NCBI GenBank assembly: GCA_951406725.2
Contig: OX597821.1
Coordinates: forward strand, 7,874,001 to 7,938,000
Source: Octopus vulgaris
Lineage: Eukaryota
Direction of reading: 5' to 3'
Length of the DNA: 64,000 bases
Below are positions 14,385 through 64,000 of this stretch, piece after piece. Numbering within the stretch: the first letter of the stretch is position 1; each line of letters begins with the position of its first letter. The notes under the pieces were generated by a model, which saw only the letters and a program-made list of their open reading frames with translations, ran no database searches and was not told where the DNA came from. A program made the position numbers and the translations under genes.

Positions 14385-14760
14385 GTTGCAGAGTTTGTGG
14401 TTCCTGAGGAGGAAATACTGAAGGTGTCATATGCAGATAGAGTGACAAACATTGAGGCCCTTAGATGAGCAAAGAGCACCAGGAAGCTTGTTAACAACAT
14501 TGAGGACAACAAGTTCAGTTTATTGGACACCAGATGAGAAGACAAAGCCTTGAGCACTTGATGACAACCAGGAAAACTGAAAAGAAGAAGAAGAAGAAGA
14601 AGCTTGGAAAGACAGAGAGAGAGGATACTCAATGGTCTTACCAACTGGCTTCAACAAGACCGGACCAATTTCATGCTATGTTGTGTATGGGACAGGAGAG
14701 TATGGAAGTCCCTGATCACCACCTGCTGTAGACATGGCACATAGGCAAGAAAAAGAAGAA
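14385..14760 (+). mobile_element. Degenerate RTE-clade LINE 3' fragment
   Basis: LKVSYADRVTNIEALR*..FIGHQMRRQSLEHLMTT..GRQRE, typical RTE C-terminal motif with stops and frameshifts. Confidence 0.75.
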
Positions 14761-17700
14761 TATTCAAGTAATTGTCATAATTTTCAATTTGAAAGAGAAA
14801 GGGAGAGAGAAGGAGTGAAAGAAAAAAAAAGCCATAAAATTGAGTTGTAACAAATTTTCTGGATCCCCCTCTCTCTCTCTTTCTCTTGTCTTGCTCTGAA
14901 GATCTTGTTAAAAACTAACATGGTCTTCTGGTTCAATAAGTAAAGATATTGCACTTGTGCTACACTATGTAAATAACTAAAAGCCAACACAGCAAACTTT
15001 ACTGTATTATAACATTTTCTGGTTGGTGACCACAGAGTTTGACAGGTTTATTATAGCAATAATTCTAATTATACTGTTTATCAGAAATATCTAATTTTGT
15101 CTAAAAAGGCAAAACCTGCCTAAAATGAAATATATATATGGTATGTCACACCAGAGATTCATTAAAAGATTAATCCAAATAATTTCATTTCTAAAAGCAT
15201 TGAAGGACAATTGATAGTAGTTCTGATTATAAAGAAACAAGGTCTCTCATAGATGTTCTTTCAGAAAACATACCGATGAGAGAATTATATATGTAACGGT
15301 ATAGGGAATGGAGAAGGTAAATCCACACTACATATGTTTTCAAGCCAATCTGTATATGACTTATGTAATTCAAAGGCGTAACACATGTGTATACAAATTA
15401 GCTTTTTTTCAGGTCAAATTGCCTGAGATTCTAAGTCATTGTTGAAGAATTCAACAATTTCTGCCATGGTAGGATGGTAGACAGAAATACCCAGTTCAAA
15501 TGGCCAATGAAATTCATTGTCAGCAGGCAAGCAACATTTGAGGGGAAAATATTTTGTATATGTAGTGACAAGAGGTGCATATTTTACAGTATTATACAGG
15601 GAAATGTAGAAAGAATGCTTTAATATGCCACATGTACACATAAATCAAAATTAAAATACACATTCTATATACTTAATTATAATATATAGAATACATATAG
15701 AAAGTTTTATGTGTGTATATACTTGACTTATTTTTTTTTCTTAAGGTAAAACACTAAGTTTTCTTTACATCCCTTTCTCACTGCAGGAACTAAGTAAGTA
15801 TATATGCATGTATACATGTACGCATGGAGAGGAAGGGAGGGAGGAAGGAAGGAAACCGAAGCTAGTTTTGTGAGAGAAGGCTGACATGCAAACATAAACT
15901 TCAAAGACTTCCTTCCATTATCAAATCCTAAGTATCATGCTACTTACGACTTACTAATTAGAGAAATTTCTACTAAAAGTTAGAGACAGACGTAGCACAT
16001 GAATTTATAAAATAATAAACAGACTAACTTTGTTTTTAAAGAATATATATAAAAAAAAAAAAACAAGGAGCCTCAGTTACCTCTGAATAATTACTTGTGA
16101 TGAGAAGGTATGGGAAGGGAAACCCCAAAATCAAAATCAGTCAAAGGACTATTGTAAAAGGTAGGTTAAAAGTAAAAGACAAAAACTATTGGTATGGTGT
16201 TGTCAGTAGATCAGGGCTGGGTAGCAACCATGACCTTAATGTAGGGTCTCTAATATTGAAGTGAGGGTAAGATTAGAATAAACCACAACTTATAGGTTAT
16301 CTGGTTCTGAATGCCTTGCAACAAAGGACTCTAGAAAATGCACCCAAGAGCTAGCTGGTGATAAGGGTGGTGTTAAACTGAGCAACAGATTAAGTAGTAG
16401 TAGTAATAGTAGTAGTGGTAATGATAGAGATTTTAAATTTTGGCACAAGGCCAGTAATTTTGAGGGAGGAAGGAAATCGATTACACTGACGCCCAGTGTT
16501 CAACTGGTACTTACTTTATCGACCCCAAGAGGATGGTGGGAAAAGTTGACTGTAGAGGAATTTGAACTCAGAACTTAAAACTGGAAGAAATGCTGCAAAG
16601 ATTTTGTCCAGCACGCTAATGAATCTGCCAGCTCAATAATAATAATAATAATAATAATAATATAATTTTTTTTTTTCATTCTACTCTAAAACACTCTTGT
16701 TTTTGATATTGATAATTTATTACATTATTTAAATATTCTGCTAGTTTAATATTTTAAATCAACAAATTATTTTCAAACAGTGAGAACTAAACAAATATAA
16801 CAGAAAGCTGATAACAGAATCTGCACCATTTCTGAGACTATTTAACCCTCAAAGGTGGTGAGCTGGTAGAAACATTAGCACGCTGGGCAAGATGCTTAGC
16901 AGTATTTCATCTGTCTTTACGTTCTGAGTTCAAATTCCACAGAGGTTGACTTTGCCTTTCATCCTTTTGGGGTCGATAAATTAAGTACCAGCTGCGTACT
17001 GGGGCCGATCTAATCAACTGGACCCCTCCCCCAAAATTTCAGGCCTTGTGCCTAGAGTAGAAAAGAATATTTAACCCTCTTTGAAATGTTAGCAAGCCTG
17101 AGACCACCCATACTTAAGTGTTCATATTTAATTTAAAACATCATTATAATGTGAGACTATTACATTTCTGTTGGTCAACATCATGTATATATATATATAC
17201 ACATATATACACACATACACACACCAGTTGGTAGATATAATATTTGGTATATACAATATATAAAGCTACAGATTTTTTACTAAATCCCTCCAGAAAATCT
17301 TTATTGTATTGAAAAATTAGTTGAAACGTAGGCAGTCTTCTTGTTAGAAACAAAACCGAGAGAGGGCCAACATTAAAAAATCTAGTAACAAAGCAATTAG
17401 CAATATATATATATATATATAAAAAAAAAAAAAACTTGGTAAAAATTAATAAATAAATATCTTTTGTCATTTAATTTTTTTTTTTTTTTTTTTTTTTAGT
17501 TTTCCACTGCATTGAAATATGCAGAAAGTTAACTGTGAATGTTTATTGCTGATAATGACTAGTTGCAGAGTGAATTGGTGGGTAGGTAGGTAGGTAAAAA
17601 GGTAGGTAGTTTGGTTGTAAGACATAAAAATCTGTTATTCCTTCACAACTGATACTGGAGCAGAATGGAACTGAGAAACTAACAACTATTGACAATGAGT

Positions 17701-19606
17701 GGTGGTGGTGTCAGCAGAATATAAAATTTTGTCCCCCTAGCATTGCTTGACAACCGATGCTGGTGTGTTTACGTCACCGTCACTTAGCGGTTCGGCAAAA
17801 GAGACCGATAGAATAAGTACTGGGCTTACAAAGAATAAGTCCCGGGGTCGAGTTGCTCGACTAAAGGCGGTGCTCCAGCATGGCCGCAGTCAAATGACTG
17901 AAAAGAGTAAAAGAGTATAGGCACAAGACCTGAAATTATTTTTTTTTGGTGGGGGGGGGAAGACATTAGTCAATTACATTGATCCCAGTGCTCAAATGAT
18001 ACTCATTTTATTGACCCTGAAAGGATGCAAGTTAAATTTTTGACCTTGGTGGAATTTTCAACCCCCAAAGTAAAGCTGCAAGAAATGCTTGCTAAGCGAT
18101 TTGCCTTGACTTGTTACAATCCTGTCAGCTCACCAGCTTTTAGTTGTAGTAGTAGTAGTAATAATAATAATTTTTCTTCCTACTATAGTATGCACAAGGC
18201 CTGAAATTTAGGGAGAGGGAGCTAATAAATCACATCGACCCAGTGCTCAACTGGTACTTATCTTATCGACCCCAAAAGGATGGAGGGCAAAGTGGACCTC
18301 AGCAGAATATGAGTCTAGAACATAAAACCAGAAGAAATGTCACTGAACATTTTGTCTGATGCTCCAACAGTTCTGCCAGCTCACTGCCCAAGTAGAAGAT
18401 AGAATATACTGTGTGGTCAGTTGATCTAATGGCAACTGTGGTAGAGCAGGATTGCTCAATAGAAGTGAACCTATAATACTGATTGTTGTTAGTCAGGAAA
18501 CCCCAAAGATGTGGTACTGAGATTCCCTGAATATATTAATACTTTAAAGGAAAAACATTTTCATTTTTTGACACCAGTAAAAGTATATTTATTCAGAATA
18601 GAGGCTATGCAAAGAAGCTTTTGGTTGACAATGTTTAGACACTGCTAGAGGTATATTCAGAACAGATACACAGGAGTTTTTGGCTGACAATGTCTTGATG
18701 TACCAAACTAACAACTCTGCATCTGTCTGCATTCATAACCTTCAACTGAAAGATTCTAGTTTGGTAGTTTCTCAGAACTATTTGGTAGGCAACACTTCTG
18801 ATTAATCACTAGAACAATTAAAACAAAAAAAATGTTTAAAAAATCCAAATCTATCATTCCCCCTTCCATTTAAAGGGAAGAATCACAAACAAACATTTTG
18901 GTCCCCAAAACTAAAGCAAATTTCTTTGAGATTTTTACTAAAAAAATAAACTGAAAAAATAAGATCAAAATAAAAAATATATCTGAAAAGAGAAAAAAAA
19001 ATGTTAACAGTTCATTTGATAGAATGTGCAGCTTGCTTATGTATCTGCTGCACATCTTTCTTCAACACAAACACTCAAGCACATACGTGCTTATGCATGC
19101 ACTCATGCACAAACACAAAGAAAATTAAAAAAAAAAAAATAACTCAAACATTTTCAAAGCTTCTTCAGGCTTCTTAATCCAGTAACAAAAAAAAAAAAAA
19201 TCATTGGAAATTAAAATTTTTTTTTTCATTTTAGCCGGAAATAAGAGCTGAAAAGCCCAGAAAAGTAGCAATCAGTTGGCCAAATGGTATGGCAAGTGTA
19301 CCAACTTGATATTTAGTCTCCAACAGAGAAGGTTATGATAAATGAGTTTTTGATAATAATTCAAGAATTCTCAAACATTTGAAGCAGCATGGACATTTTT
19401 TTTTTTATTATTTGAGGTGGGCTAATTTCAGTCATGCTAAAATTTTAATTTATTTTTTTTGTTTTTCTTTTAAACAAATGGGGGGAAAAAATAATGCAAA
19501 TAAATATGCCTGGTTTTTGCAGAGAAATATTCTAGCATTTTCTCAGAATATTTCCTTGGTGAAGCAAAAGATCTTTTTGTTTCCTTCCATTTTTTTGTCT
19601 TTGTGT

Positions 19607-62203
<42,597 letters not shown>

Positions 62204-62263
62204 TTAATGTTTCATGGGAAGAAAGCAAAAGAAAAGATATGAATCAATGAGGAAATATGTTAA

Positions 62264-62485
62264 ACCTTTTGATACCAACCCATCCAAAACTGCCCCTGCG
62301 TTTATGATACAAACTTTCTATATAAAGTGACCTAGATTAAAATTTCCCATTAAAACTCCATGTTACTCTATGTTCCATTTACCAGCTTAGTTAATGATCA
62401 AGATATTTTAGTACATTCTTTGTTATTTTCAAAATTAACTGAAATAAAGAGGGTGTAATTCAACAGAAATATGGTAAGAAATAGG
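62264..62485. mobile_element. Older, diverged piggyBac-type MITE
   Basis: TTAA flanks; degraded TIRs; internal sequence colinear with 10820-11043. Confidence 0.65.
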
Positions 62486-63645
62486 TTAAAAGAAAACGAA
62501 AAAGGGTGGTGGAGGTGAACAGGTGAAAAGAGAATTTATGCCAATGAGGAAATATTATAAAAGAAAGGGAAGGAAAATAAGGTTTTATCAACAATTAGAG
62601 GTACAAGAATGACTGAGTGGTTAAGAAGCTCCCATTGCAATCATTTGGTTTCGGGTTCAGTCCCACTGCACAGCATCTTGGGAAAGTGCCTTCTACAATA
62701 AATGGCTCTGGGCAGTCCAATGCCTTGTGAGTGAGTTTGGTAAATGGAAACTGTGGGGAAGCCCGTCACAATAGAACATGCAATCTAATGAAACAAGTAA
62801 AAGAGATGAAAGAATTCGGTTTATGTTTATTTTGTTATTATCATTTATTTATTTATTGGTTTTTAAATGTTCTGGTCCGAAGGAGGAAAAGAAGCAGTGT
62901 TCAAGGGTTTCACAATCTCTCTAAGACCAGAAGAACAAATAATGGTTTGTGTGTTTCAACAACTATAAGCCATCAACTGCACAACATGCGACACTGAAAG
63001 CCCGTCTCTGTATGTTTTTTTCACTGGTTTTGGTCATTGTTGTTCAGCTTTCGAATGTTTTGGCCTATCATATCACAAGCATGGTTATGAGTTCAAGACA
63101 CTTGCTTCCCAATCATGTGGTCTTGATTACAGTCCCACTACATGGTACCTTGGGCAAGTGTCTTCTACTATAACCCTAGACTGACCAAAGCCTTGTGAGT
63201 GGATTTGGTTGACAGAAACTGAAAGAAACCTGCTGTGTGTGTGTGTGTGTGTACACACACCTTTGAATAGACATCTTGTGATGGATGTAAATGAGCATCA
63301 CCGTCATACAACTGGTGTTGTTTGTTTCCAGTCTTCCTTGAAAAGACATGTCTGACCAGGGAGAAATATTATCTTACCTGGAAACAGAAGACGGTTGGCA
63401 ACAGGAAGAGCGTCCAACTGTAGAAAACCTGCCCTAATAAACTCCACCTGACCCATGTGAGCATGAGAGAGTGGATGTTAAATAATGATGATGATATTGA
63501 GCCCTAGTAATTTGTTACATTCATATTTTTAGGATTTCATAAGGGGTCGGAAAACAAGCTGACTCTGACATAAAGGGTGGTTGCTCAGATGGAACTTAAT
63601 ACCACGATGTGTTTCTTTATTCAACACAACAATTTTGCTTCACCA

Positions 63646-63693
<48 letters not shown>

Positions 63694-64000
63694 TGAGAGG
63701 TGAAAACTGCACAGAAGTCATCTGAAGCTTCAGCACAGTTTTCACTTTTCAAGTTCCAAAGTTGATTTTAGGCTATGATAGATGAACTACCCACAGAGCC
63801 ACGCAACAGAATCAAACTCAGAACCCCATTGCAGCAAGTTGAACTCCTCAATCTAAATCCAATGCCTCATAGGGGACAGAAAATAATAGTTGTTTTTGAG
63901 CAGAAATGTGGAACAGACACAAAGCAAAGTGAAGTAGATGCAAACAGTGAGACAAAACAGAAACAGAACTCAACTGAAAACAATCAACAACCTCCACAAT

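Overview
AT-rich, microsatellite- and SINE-dense animal genomic DNA. The repeat families and (TA)n/(TAA)n/(GAT)n tracts suggest a cephalopod, probably Octopus (inference). The main feature is a minus-strand, multi-exon kinesin-associated protein 3 gene (KIFAP3/KAP3). I reconstructed 15 coding exons from 62195 down to the TAG stop at 19607 (2335 nt, one continuous reading frame, all splice phases consistent). The exon(s) for the first ~55 aa lie beyond the window. Two introns are U12-type (one AT-AC, one GT-AG) and share an identical branch-point 12-mer. Introns and the downstream region hold a full-length but inactivated mariner, Helitrons (including a head-to-tail pair and a 62-bp mini copy), hAT and piggyBac MITEs, R4/Dong, RTE and Penelope remnants and several SINE families. 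The least expected signal is a dispersed set of Penelope-type minimal hammerhead ribozyme motifs: one with an intact catalytic core, one embedded in a ~115-bp-arm palindrome on the pre-mRNA strand, and a degenerate tandem pair behind a well-spaced CCAAT/TATA/Inr antisense promoter. A possible ~13-kb 3' UTR rich in inverted SINEs is also suggested. All calls were made by eye; no database searches were run.
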